Assembly (NCBI RefSeq): GCF_963506605.1
Contig: NC_083292.1
Coordinates: 25,978,001-26,042,000, forward strand
From: Zootoca vivipara
Taxonomy: Eukaryota
Reading direction: 5' to 3'
Length of the DNA: 64,000 bases
The notes beneath the pieces were generated by a model, which was not told the DNA's origin, ran no database searches, and saw only the letters and a program-made list of their open reading frames with translations. The position numbers and the translations under genes are program-made. Positions 37,591 to 49,800 of the stretch are shown here, piece by piece; the stretch's first letter is position 1, and every line of letters starts with the position of its first letter.

Positions 37591-39129
37591 TGGTGCTGCC
37601 CGTGCAGGTTTAGTGGTAGAGTCCAAAAGATTTCCGTCAGATGTGGTAAGCAACGCTTTTCTTCGTGGCTTCTTCAGCTATTCTTCAGTAGCCATCAATA
37701 TTTTTTAACACTTATGAAATTGTTTAAAATAGCCGCATCAACGCCAATGAAAAAAGTTTGCAATAAATCTTCAAGGTCTTGTGATGCCTAAGCCATACCT
37801 CAACATTTGAGACAATTTGATCTAGTGGAATCTTTACTACTAGATCTACTGTGGAGGTTTGGGTTAGCCTAATGCATTTTTAAATTTGCTGTGCTGGTGT
37901 TTTTAACAGGTGTCTTGATATTTTTTACCTGCTTCTGGGGCACAACTCTGGCATGAGGCTGGCCTCAAGTGAAGGTGTTGCATTTGGGCTTTTAAATCTG
38001 CCCAGTCATGCAGTTTAGTGAGTGGACTCGAGTCAAGTTGCCACAAGTCACCCTCCCTCTGCCTAAACTTTTGTAGAGTTGGTGCAGTGTACCAGCTAAG
38101 ACCTGAGCTACAAAACAGGAAATTCTTGGTTCGGATCTTGCTTCTGCCATTCACTCGTTAGTTGTAGGCGAGCCATTCTGCCTCAGCCCTCTCGTCTACA
38201 ACAGTGTGAAGCAGGTAACGATACTGATCTACTCTGCAGGGTGCTTGTAAGGGTTACAACATTTTGCATCATCTCATGCTGCTAGGTGGAAGGTGGGAAA
38301 GAGTACCATCTGCTATCACTAGGGAGAAGCATTAACATCACAGATTCCTGACCCCAGTGGCTCTCTTTGTCACCAACAGAAGAGCAGCAACTATGGGTTC
38401 TATTTTTGTAATGCTTTCATCTGTCATGAGCCTCTTTGAAGGGAAGGCTGGGTATAAACCTTTAAAACAAATAAAATCATATTTGTAAAGTGCTTTGAAC
38501 ATTCACAAGTGCTACACACTTGTCAATACAATTGTCCTTAATGAAGTACTGGGTTGGAGGGCAACCACAGGATAAAAGTCCAAACCGGAATAATTCTTGT
38601 AATTCTACCTGTATCCAGTTTCCTATTCCAACCTAATGCCATTTTCAGAGAAGAAAATTATCCTGATCCAAAAAGAAAAAATTATTTGCAAGTTGCCAAC
38701 AACCAATATGACCTATATGGAGCTGCTTCCTTCAAAACAAAACACAGCAAAGGCCACCATAGTTTGCACTGATTATGAGAACATAAGGAGATCATAAGAC
38801 ACTGGAGTCCTTTACCAATCAAAAAGGATTTAAGGTTAAATCAACACCATACAGATAAAACAGACACCACACACTTTTATAGCACATGACTTCTCCCAAG
38901 CATCCTGGGAACCGTAGTTTGTTAAGGGTACTGGGAATTGTAGCTCTGCGAAGTAAAGTCTTGAGTTTTAAATATGAGTTGGGTGTGCTTTAAATGTACA
39001 TTAAGGATCTGTCAAAGAGTAAGCAGAGGAAACTTGTTGCCCACAACAAAGATGGCAACACTAGGCAATGGTCCTTCCTTATTGGTTAGAGATGAGCCAA
39101 CCCCATGTTTGACGTTAGAAATTGACAGC

Positions 39130-39990
39130 TGAAGGCAGCGCCCTTCGCTAAGATGGCGGCCACCGGAAGTTAGACACAGACATTGCGCTCCCCCTCACAC
39201 CTCCTCATGGCATGGCATAACAAGTGAATTTAAAAATAAAAGTTCTCTCGTGGCCTACCTGCACTAGTCGGAAGTGCAGGTGACCACGAGCCGCTCCATG
39301 ACGGCGCTGGCGAGAGGAGAAAGCCCCGAGCCGCCTCCCTCCCCAAAATGGCACCGGCGAGAAACGAAGGCCCGAGTCCCTCCCTAAGATGGCGCCTGTA
39401 AGAAAAAAAAAAGCCGGATCCCTCCCTAAGATGGCGGCGACCGGAAGCGGCGGCCTTTCCCCTCACATCATTTCCAGCCGCGACGCCCCGGGTCCAGGAA
39501 CCAAGATCGGCGAGGCGGGGCTTGCGCCGCCTGCCGTGGTTGCCTCCCCGTCGAGCTGTATGGGCGGTGGCGGCGGCGGAGGAGAGGCAGAGAGGACGGA
39601 AGAGAAGAGAAAGGCTCCGCGGTGCGCATGCGCCGATCTCCATGGAGAGACAAGGGGGCGAAAGAGACGGAGGGGAGGCCAGGTAAACAGTCGCCCTCCC
39701 CCTTCCCCCCTCTGGCAAAGGAGGAGGAGGAGGAGGAGGGGATAATCCGGAGGGCGGGCGGGGGACTGGATAGGGTTGGACGGTTGGAGGCTCCGTGGTG
39801 CGGGAGGGTGCGGGGGGCGCAGGATTGGGCCCGGGGTGGGGGTCGTGTGGGCGGGTGTCTTTCTGGCCTCAGTTTCTCAAGGCGAGGCGACTCTTCGGAC
39901 GAGACTGGGCGGGGCTTCTCCCACAGCAGCTCCTCCCCATCTCCAGGCCTCTCCTGATTATCTCTTGTTTTTTGGGACTTCACACGTGCG
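39130..39990 (+). promoter_or_regulatory. USF1: USF1 CpG-island promoter and non-coding exon 1 (likely donor AG|gtaaac at 39682)
   Basis: Strongly GC- and CpG-rich; YY1 sites (AAGATGGCG), ETS sites (CCGGAAG), NRF1 palindrome TGCGCATGCGC 39623-39633. Confidence 0.8.
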
Positions 39991-40374
39991 AGGCCGCTTT
40001 TATTATTATGGGTTCGTGTCCAGCTCTATTGCACTTGGGGATGCCAAGTGAGCCAAGTGCATTTGTTTCGTTGGGGCTGCTCTGGGTGTGACTAACGTAA
40101 AGTAAGCAAGCTATTACCACGACGGCTCTTATGATCACTACTGTCATGTTGTTGTGAGTTTCGTCGGCTCCAATCCGAAGAGTGACTAACGCTGGGTGCA
40201 TGCTTTTTCGCTCTCTCGTTGTTATTATTCGCATTGGTCTGCTCTTGAGGGTGGCTATGGTTGAGTACAGCCGAGTATTATTACTACTGCTGCTGCTGCT
40301 GCTATTCCCATCAACAGTTTTATTGGGTCTATTCTGAATGTTATTAACGCTGGGTGCGTGGTGGTGCTGGGTGC

Positions 40375-40477
40375 AGTTTGACCAAACTGCGGGAGGCAGT
40401 GGAAGACAGGAGTGCCTGGCGTGCTATGGTCCATGGGGTCACGAAGAGTCAGACACGACTAAACGACTAAACAACAA
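40375..40477 (+). mobile_element. BovB short 3' fragment
   Basis: Reverse complement of about 14165-14268; ends gactaaacaacaa. Confidence 0.85.
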
Positions 40478-40702
40478 GCGTGGTGGTGGTGCTGAATGTA
40501 GCACTGAAGACACTGCGGTCCTCATCTCAGACCCTCCTTCAAGGGCTCCCCCCCCCCCCCGGATGCCAAGAGGATGGAATAGGGCTTTTCAGTGGTGGCT
40601 CCCTGCTTGTGGAATGCTCTCCCCAGGGCACCAGACAGAAATGTAACTTTTTTTTACCTGGGCTTTTGGCCCTTAATTTGAAGGGTTCTAAGTAAGCTCT
40701 TA

Positions 40703-40955
40703 TGGGACCCAGGTGGCACTGTGGGTTAAACCATTGAGCCTAGGGCTTGCTGATCAGAAGGTCTGTGGTTTGAATCCCTGTGACGGCGTTTCCGTGTGCT
40801 GCTCTGGTTCGCCAGAAGTGGCTTTGTCATGCTGGCCACATGACCTGGAAGCTATACACCGGCTCCCTCGGCCAATAATGCGAGATGAGCGTGCAACCCC
40901 AGAGTCGGTCACGACTGGACCTAATGGTCAGGGGTTCCTTTACCTTTACCTTTTA
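40703..40955 (+). mobile_element. Sauria-type SINE (internally deleted)
   Basis: (ACCTTT)n tail; 13-bp TSD aagtaagctctta. Confidence 0.85.
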
Positions 40956-42324
40956 AAGTAAGCTCTTAGTGGCACAGGATCCATAACGCCTGCCCTTCGT
41001 TTGGTATGGATGTGGGGTTTTTTTAGTATTATTTGGTTTGTTGTAACCAGTTTTAATGCTTATACTGTGTTGTAACTCACTTTTGTAAGTAAAGTAGTTA
41101 ATAAATATAAATATTATTTTGTTAGCTGCACGATACGGTCCCTAAGTTACCCATAATCAGGTTTTTAAAACATGCAAAATATTAGTGTTGCTATACTAAT
41201 AACAACAGTGAGTAACAACGCATGTGGTGCTATATAATATTTATAGTATTACAACACCTGTGTACTGGGTATATAGTACCGTATCTTAGAGTTTCATTGG
41301 CTAGAATGAGTAGGCCCCTTCCCTCAAGGAGCTTACAAATTAGAGTGGACCAGGAGTAAGAAAGGGATAGGAGCCAGGGAGGCACAGCTTGGGGAACAGG
41401 GCACCTGTTTTTCCATGCAAAAGGTCTCTGGTTCACTTCCTGGCCAGTTAAAAGAAGGATTGGAAAAGGACTTCTCTCTGCCTATCCTTGCTGCTGAAGA
41501 GAGTAGTGGGCTAGCACAGTGTTCTTCAATCTTAGGCCCCTAGATTTGGTGGGACTACGACTCCCATCATACCAATGGTCATTAGCCATTGGTCAGGAAT
41601 GATGCATGCTGCAGTAAAACAACATCTGGGGAACCCACCTGATAGAAGGCAGCATCCTTCTTGTATGAACACAGGAAGGTATGTATTGTTCATGCTTGGT
41701 TGCCATCAGCTCGGAGGATCAAAGGAGTGGTGTGACTTTGTGGGCTGTTGCTTTCCTTGGAAAAGCTGCACATCTAACCTCCACCTGTGTAATGCAGTGT
41801 AAGAAACTCCAAACACTCTTTATTGTTAATCTCCTTAACGTATTGTCTATACTTAACATATACTTTGAGGCTTCAAAGCACTTACATTTCAGTAATCCTT
41901 GAGTATTGGCCAGGCGCAAAAAAAATGGCGCCCTGGCGTTTTGAGGAGCTCACAAATGGAGAATCTTAGGTGCAAAATGCGCCTGGCGCATTACTAGTTT
42001 CGAACCCTGGTGTGATGTGTATGGAGACTGATCCGTACACCACTCTGCCTTCCTTAAATATCTGTGTGAGTGTTTATATAGCGCTTTCAGTGTATATAGC
42101 CCTCTGCAGGGGAGCATAAAATGGGAAAGGTTGCTGCCCCGATAAGCTTACAATCTAAAACTTAAAAGTGATGATGGGGTGCAAGAGAAGTGCCTCCTCT
42201 CATTCCAAGTTGTGGGGTTGTGTTGAGTGCAGGTCTGAACCATGGTGCCATCACTGTACATGACGCTTCACGGAAATGCACATATTTAAAAACCCAAGGA
42301 CTGGATGGGTCCCCCCCCCCAAGG

Positions 42325-42837
42325 ACATTGCAAACCCTACGCCAAAGGATAAATGGACATAAATCTGACATCAGGAACCATAAGACTGAAAAAGCAGTAG
42401 GAGAACACTTCAATCTCCCAGGACATTCTATACAAGATCTCAAAGCAGCTGTTTTATTACAGAGAAATTTCAGGAACAGACTGGAAAGGGAAGTTGCTGA
42501 ATTGGAAATCATTACCAAGCTTAAAACCATGGAAGCACCTGGGATGAATATAGACATCGGATTCTTATCTCATTATGCATGATCAAGCTTTCTTTAGCAC
42601 CTCAGCCCAGGACTAATTGCAGCCATCAGCAGCCGTTAACAGCCATCTACAGGTTTACCACTCCCATCAGCCCATCACCCATTCCCACCCACCCCCACCA
42701 CCCTCTGTATATATATATAGGGTCTGACACTTCTGTTTCTAGTGTATCTGAAGAAGTGTGCATGCACACGAAAGCTCATACCAAAATATAAACTTAGTTG
42801 GTCTTTAAGGTGCTACTGAAGGAATTTTTTTATTTTA
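42325..42837 (+). mobile_element. Penelope-like retroelement 3' fragment (GIY-YIG endonuclease C-terminus plus terminal region)
   Basis: QTLRQRINGHKSDIRNHKTEKAVGEHFNLPGHSIQDLKAAVLLQRNFRNRLEREVAELEIITKLKT...GFLSHY*; terminal region shared with the 5659-5821 copy. Confidence 0.85.
42744..42781 (+). ncRNA. Minimal type I hammerhead ribozyme motif (Penelope-derived)
   Basis: GUAU-CUGAAGA-A-GUGUG(CAUG)CACAC-GAAA-GC-UC-AUAC. Confidence 0.7.
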
Positions 42838-43807
42838 CCGTAATAAGCGTTCATATGAGTGGTTAGAGCAATAAGACATTGTCTCCATTGGTTGCTCTTT
42901 TTTCTCCCCTCTGGGTGCCCGGGGGAGGAAGTTTGTGATGCAAATTGATCCCTATAATTTAATGTACCTTTTCACACTCCACACTTGTGGGATGTCAGTA
43001 ATCTCTATTACTGATTTATTTATACAGTACATGAGATGCCCATAGCTAAGTGGTAGAGCACATGCTTTGCGTGCTGTAAAGATCCAGACGTTCCCAGGTA
43101 TTGCTGGGAAAGACCTGTCTGAATTCTGCCACAGTGGGTATAGAGCAGGATGAATAAACTCCCTCCCATAGGACACAGTGATGGCTACCAACTTGGATAG
43201 CTTTAAAAGAGGATTGGAAAAATTCTTGCCACAGATACACATGTGGCAGTTATTTCCAGGTTAGGCTGCTGTAAGGAGCTGTACGTAGGGCTACCCTTGA
43301 GAAAGGTCTGAAATTTGCATTTGGTCCCAGAAAATTAAGAGTGCTGCTGAGAACTTGGTTGCATGTTACATTAGTGACAAGTCAAAATGCTTTCTGGGCA
43401 TTTCATGGAAATTCTTCTAGCTTTTGACTGTTTAGCTTGTTGGTCCTTTTGCATTTTGCGATGGCCAGATTTATTTGGTGCTTCTGTTCTTAGAATTCTG
43501 AGCCACCCAGGCAGTACCATAATAGTGGAAATAGCATTGTGGAAATAAATGATTACAGAGAGTTTTTTTTAAAACCAAAAGCTAAAATCTGAGAGCATGC
43601 TGGGGCATTGAAAGAAGGGCAAAATTGCTTAGCTTTGGCAATAGCATTACTGTATTATTAGTGCGAGAGGAAATGAGGCAGCAGAACGACAGGCACCATC
43701 TTCACGAATCTGTGTTTTCCTTCCCAGGGTCTGGATGAAGCAGCTGTGAAGCAGTGGAAGACTAAAAACCCAGGCTCCAGTCTTCTGATGCAGAGTGGAG
43801 TGAAGAA

Positions 43808-43815
43808 ATGAAGGG
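43808..43815 (+). CDS. USF1: USF1 first coding bases (exon 2 spans 43728-43815)
   Basis: ATGAAGGG|gtgag (MKG); acceptor ttcccag ends 43727. Confidence 0.85.
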
Positions 43816-46800
43816 GTGAGAGAGAGAGGATGCCTCTGAATATATTTTGCTTCCTGGGGTGGGGGAGCAGTGGGGGGGGGTGGCTCTTAGTCTCAGGCCC
43901 TTCTTGGGGGCTTCCTGAGGGTATCTGCTTTGCTTCAGGGTGCTAGCCACAGGGCTCTTATGAGAGTGAGTGAATGGCCCCACAGGTTTCTGAGATAAAT
44001 TCTGTGTGTAAAGTAGCAGGGCTATCAGGCCTAGTGGCTGATAGTTCTCTTTTCCTCTTGCCCTGCCAGGAAGTCCAGCATCCTGGGGCCAGACAAAAGA
44101 TTCTGGCGGGCCCACAAGCAGGCCTCCCCTCATTCATCCTCAGCCAAAAGGCCTATTGCAGGCACCCCCAAACTCGGCCCTCCAGATGTTTTTGGGACTA
44201 CAACTCCCATCATCCCTAGCTAACAGGACCAGTGGTCAGGGATTATGGGAACCGTAGTCCAAAACATCTGGAGGGCCGAGTTTGGGGGTGCCTGGCCTAT
44301 TGCCTCTCTCCTTGAAGGATTGGACAGATTCATGGAGCATAAGGCTATAGATGGCCTCTAGCCAGGAAGGCTACACTCTGCCTCCATGGTCAGAGCCATA
44401 GGAAGGAGTGCTCTTGAGCTCAGGTCCTGCTTGCCTAACCTCCCTCACAGGGTTGTTGGGAGGATAGAGTGGGGGTGGGGGGAGAACTATGTGCTCCACC
44501 TTGAGCTCCTTTGAGGAGAAGTGGGATATAAATGTATACAAATGCATAAAATAAATTACATTGCACTTTCTGATACTGTTTTTAAATGCTGTAAGCCCCT
44601 TTCAGTCCCAACTTGAGAGCAAGGCGAGATATAAACACATTAAATAACATTAGCCTCCAAGGTCTGGTGCATGTGGAGGAGGGTGTCTGCTGAAGGTCTC
44701 TTCTAAATAAGGGAGCCCCTCCCTCCTTCTGTAGCCAGCCACCCTCGAGAAAGAAGCAGAAAGGCGGGTGCACACAGCCCAAATACTGTCTCGGGGCCCC
44801 TGAGCTCTCCTCATGTGCCTTCCTTTGTTCTCTTTCTTGGCAGACAGCAGAAAGCAGTAGAGACGGAAGAGGGCACTGTGCAAATCCAGGAAGGTGAGCA
44901 CCCACCCACACCTGCCTCTCTTGCTTCCGGCCTCCCCGCCCCCACCCTGCCCCACTTCCTCCCACTCCCCAAAAGCTAAACGGTGATCTGCTAGTGGAGA
45001 TTCCCCTCCACTCCCTTCTAATCTTCTGGCACACTGCTCCGCTGGTTGTGTGGGTGGATGGAGAATGTTCCTGCCTGGGCAACGCTTAATGAGCAAATGT
45101 GTCCATCTCTCTTCCCTGGGCGGCACCCCCTTCTCTTCTTTCCTTAAGGGGCAGTGGCGACAGGTGAAGATCCCACCAGTGTGGCCATTGCTAGCATTCA
45201 ATCAGCTGCTACCTTCCCTGATCCCAACATCAAATACGTCTTCCGGACAGAAAATGGGGGCACTCAGGTAAGACACTTATCGCATTCCCCTCGTGCCGCT
45301 GGCTTTGTTTCCTTTGGGGTGGGTTGGTGGGTGTGCAATATAGTGGCTCTGTTATTCCTTGACGGTCAGAGGCAGCAGTGCCCCCACAGAAGCCACAAGA
45401 AGGGAGAATACTCTTGTGCTTGTCTCCTGCTTGCGGGTTCCTTCACAAGCATCTGGTTGGCCACTGCAAGAACAGGATCCTGGACTAGATGGGCCATTGG
45501 CCTGATCCAGTACTGTTATTCTCATGTTCTTCCCACTATCTATTCTCTCTACATCACCCCTAACTCAGCGCACACACACCCCATCTCGTTTCCCAGCATT
45601 TCTGAAAAATAGACTAAAACAGTAGGTGTGATAAAAACGGGGATGGAGCGTCTGTGCTGCCCCGCCCAGTGTGTCCAGAGACATGTGGAAGACCCCCATC
45701 TTTGCTCTGCTGAAGTGCTCCATCCTTCCACCTTCCGGAAGTCCAAGGTGAGCAAAGCATAAGGAGACTTAGCACAGGGTGCCTCCCTGTCTCTGGCATG
45801 CAGGGACTCGTACCCTCTCAGGCTGGTCCTGCCCAGCCCCTTCATTAGCTTGGCCTGTGTGTTCCCCCTTGTAGGCATCAGCCACCTCTTGTGCAAATGC
45901 AGTTATGCGGGCATCCCGGGACTGCATCCTGGAGAAAGAGGCCAAGCCAACCGGTTTGCAGGGGTCCTGCTAGCTCAGGGTTATTTCCAACAAGGCTCAG
46001 GGAAGTGATGGGGGTCGTCTTATACATGGGGGTCATCTTCCCCCATTTTCATAAATTTGAGTCCCCCAAAATAGAGGTCGTGTTATACACGGAAAAATAC
46101 AGTACATTTGTAAGATCCCAGCCCCTCCTTCAGAATGCTCAGCATGGTGTGGATGTTTCTGCTCCCCTGCACATTTGGGAAGGGCCATAGCTCAGTGGTA
46201 GAACATGTGCTTTGCATGCAGAAGGTCCCAGGTTCAATCCCTGGCTGCATCTGCAGGCAAGGTTGGGAAGGAACCTTGCCTGAAACTCTGAAGAGCTGCT
46301 GCCAGTCAGTTTAGGCAGTACAGTCGTACCTTGGTTGCCGAACGCCTTGGAACTCGTACGTTTCGGCTCCTGAACGATCGAAAACCGGTAGTGAGTGTTT
46401 TGGTTTCCAAACGGTTTTCAGAAGCTGAATGTCTGGTGCGGCTTCCGTAGCATCCGATTGGCTGCAGGACGCTCCAATCGGAAGCCAAGCCTTGGTTTTC
46501 GAACCAGTTGCTGCGATGTTTGGGCTGGAGAGTGCTTACGAAGCTCCCGAACGATCGCCCAGGAGGGGGGGAACATGCCAGTCGGGCATGTGTCTCTGCC
46601 AGGGTGCTACTCGTAAGTAGGCCTTTTCCTGACAAAACGGACTCCCAGAATGGATTCTGTTCGAGAACCAAGGTACGACTGTACTACATGGTCCAAATGG
46701 CATGACTCAGTGTAAGGCAACTTTCTATGCCCCCCCCCACACACACTTGCAAGAAAGTAGCTAGGCTAGGCTAGGTGAAAAGCACGTGCCATAGGCTCAC

Positions 46801-49800
46801 CCAGTCAGCCTCATGGTTCAACAGGACTCTGAACCTGTGTCTCCTGGCTGGAGCTGATGAGGGTTTGGAGGGGGGCAGATTGGCAAAGGCTGCTCTCGCC
46901 ACTAAGCACTGGCTCTGTTAACAATGTCCCCCCTCCCCTTTGCTCTTTTCCCCAGCTGATGTACAGGGTGATTCAGGTAGCCGAAGGGCAGCTGGATGGG
47001 CAGACGGAGGGCACCGGGGCCATCAGCGGTTATCCTGCAACACAGTCCATGACACAGGTGGGTTCTGCTGAGTCAGCGGAGGAAATGGTGACGTTGCCAA
47101 TCTGCTCTATGCAGTCATCCTTTCTGGCTGAGCTGTTAGCTCTGCTCCTCTGGCCCCAGGTGGTTTGTGGCTGGTGAAACAGGCTCCTTGAGGCTTATGG
47201 GCAGGAGGTGGATATTCTGCAGGCACATTCACCCCAATTCTGCAGCTTGAATAACTTAGGTACGGTTGCATGTAGTTGGTGCATTTGCAGTGTTCAGCAT
47301 CTGCTAGTCAGTATGAAGGGCCAAAGGGTGATTCCAGTGGGGCTTAATGCTAAGATATTGAATGGGTCATTGGCAAGAGGAGTTTTTCTTCTTACTGGGT
47401 TTTCCCTGGAAATAGTATATCTGAAATAAAATAAAGGGTGGGGATACAGGCTGGCATATTTTTGCTGTTTATTGTGTGGACTCTCAAAATCTTGCATGTG
47501 GCACCCCCAGTCCAACAGAAAGAGCCCACCTGGAAGCACCCAAAGAGTGACAAGGAATCCTTCTTAGCCCCTCCCCTTCCCTTTGGCTTTTCCATAGCTC
47601 ATAAGGACTAGAAGCTTGTTTCATAAAACCAGGCTGCTGAATATCAAATAACTGCCTCTGCCCCTCGCTTCTTGCATCTAAGGTACCTTTGAAGGTATAA
47701 GCAGCTCAATCCAAGCAGTTGTGATGCCGTTGGGGTGTTTGCGAAGGGTATCACTGGATCACGTTCCTCAGTTTTGTTGAATTAATTCAACTAAATAAGT
47801 TTCAATTGGATTTTGGAAAACAAACGTGCAATTAATTGCTACTGTTTGGAATTTTGTGTGGGTTATCTTCGCCAGTGGTTTGTCCAAACATTTGTTTGAA
47901 TGATGCTTTTATAGAGTAGGGTAGAGTGGGCCTAGGGATGAATTTGTGGAACCGGGGGGGGGGGCGGTTGCCTGAAAAGGTTTGGGAACCACTGTGCTAG
48001 ACTGAAGGTTCTAAACCCTCCTGCATTGATTTTGCACTTGTGCTTTGGGCTTCAATACAAAAGCAGTGTAGGAAGAGGATCTCAAGGGAGGAGCATCCTG
48101 AGAGAATAGCACCATTGTCTGACCCTCTGTCTTTGCCTGAGATGGATACCTGCCCAAGTATTTGTTGAGGTAGATGTATCTGAAGGAGGCTCCTCTCTCC
48201 TCCTCCTCCCAGGCTGTCATCCAGGGCGCATTCACCAGTGAAGATGCCGTCGAGACAGAAGCTGCGACCACAGAGACGCACTACACGTACTACCCTGCCA
48301 CTGCAGTGGCTGACACCAGCACGTCTGCCGGGGCAGGGACCACAGCCACAGCTGTGGTGACGACCCAGAACTCGGATGCCCTGCTGGGGCAAGCGACGCC
48401 AACTGGCACAGGTCAGTTGGGTTGGGCTACCTGCAAGACGACTGGCCTGAGGAGCTTCCCTCCGGCCTGGGCCTAGGGCCACCCCTCCCCTCCCCAGGAG
48501 CCAGCTGGCAAGTTCAACTTACTTAGCCCCTTCCCCTGGGAAATGGAGTTGCTCCCACCTCTGTGCTCGCTATGGGTTTTCCATGTCAAGATGGGGCCGT
48601 TTTGGCCATCTCAGGTTGTGCAAATGATCGGAACGATGTCGTGCATCTATTTTTATTTTTATTTTAAATATATTTTTATTGATTTTATAACAAATACAAC
48701 AACTATAAAAAACATAGATAAAAGAAAAAAGACAAAACAAAAACAAAAAATGCAAAGAAAAAAAAACATTTTCTTAACAATATAATATTCCAATATACTT
48801 TCTTACTCTGTCGACTTCCTCCTTCCCCCCCTTCCACGTTTCTATTTATATCTAGTATAGCACTCTCTACTTCTTAAATCATTGCTTCTTCTAAAATACT
48901 CATTATAAATATTATTCTACATCCGTTATAACCACGAAATTCCAGTATTTCAAAATATCATTTGGATCTAAAAATCATAATTATTTTACATTTAGTCTTA
49001 ATTCCTCCTTACTATAACTATTTGCTTCTTCAGCCTCTTTGTACTTCCACTTCCCTTATTGTCCATTATTTAATCTTATATTTCTTCTCCAAATAAATCT
49101 TAAATTTCTTCCAATCTTCTTCCACCGTCTCCTCTCCCCGATCTCGGATTCTCCCAGTCAGTTCAAACAGTTCCATAAATTCTATCAGCTTCATCTGCCA
49201 GTCTGACGATGTCGTGCATCTAAACCGGTCGTCGCAGAGCACGAGTGGTGAAGTTTTAGGAGTCTAGGTTGCACAGGTTGGACACAGATTTTGGGAAACA
49301 AGCTCCCATACCTACAGATTGGGGGAACCCAGTTTCAGATCGCACTGCAGAATGTGATGGTGCTACGCAGTCATGTTAATATCCTCACCACCACCACTTC
49401 TCCTCACTTAGAACTAGGGCAGCTTGGCCACCTGCTTGGTCATCAGTTTCATGGGAGCTCCTTTAGGGCTGTGCTGCTCTTCTCTACAACTCTGTCTTGT
49501 TTTGAATTGCACAGGGCAGTTTTTTGTCATGATGTCGCCACAGGAGGTTCTGCAAAGTGGGACACAGAGGTCCATTGCACCCAGGACTCACCCTTACTCA
49601 CCGTGAGTGCTCTCCTTCCCTGTCGCATGCCAGTCGCTAAAGTTCTCCCTTTATTCAGGGGTGGGGCACACTTTCCTTGAGTGTCCAATGGCTTCCCAGC
49701 CTGGAAGGGGAGCTGCTGAGGGTCTCCTCCTGTCTCTGGAAATCTGAATGGGAAACCCAGTGCCAAACTGTGTGCTTTTGACTCCCTCAGGAAGTCTGAA

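Noticed and set aside
39230-40091. Several overlapping ORFs in the CpG island
   Set aside because: Stop-poor GC-rich sequence; the KMAA and RRHL repeats merely translate the YY1 motifs.
42190-42582. Stand-alone GIY-YIG nuclease gene
   Set aside because: Only the C-terminal part is present, with no GIY/YIG motif or reverse transcriptase; a 5'-truncated Penelope-like copy.
46182-46255. tRNA gene
   Set aside because: A and B boxes are present, but it continues into a SINE body and has many diverged copies; it is a tRNA-derived SINE.
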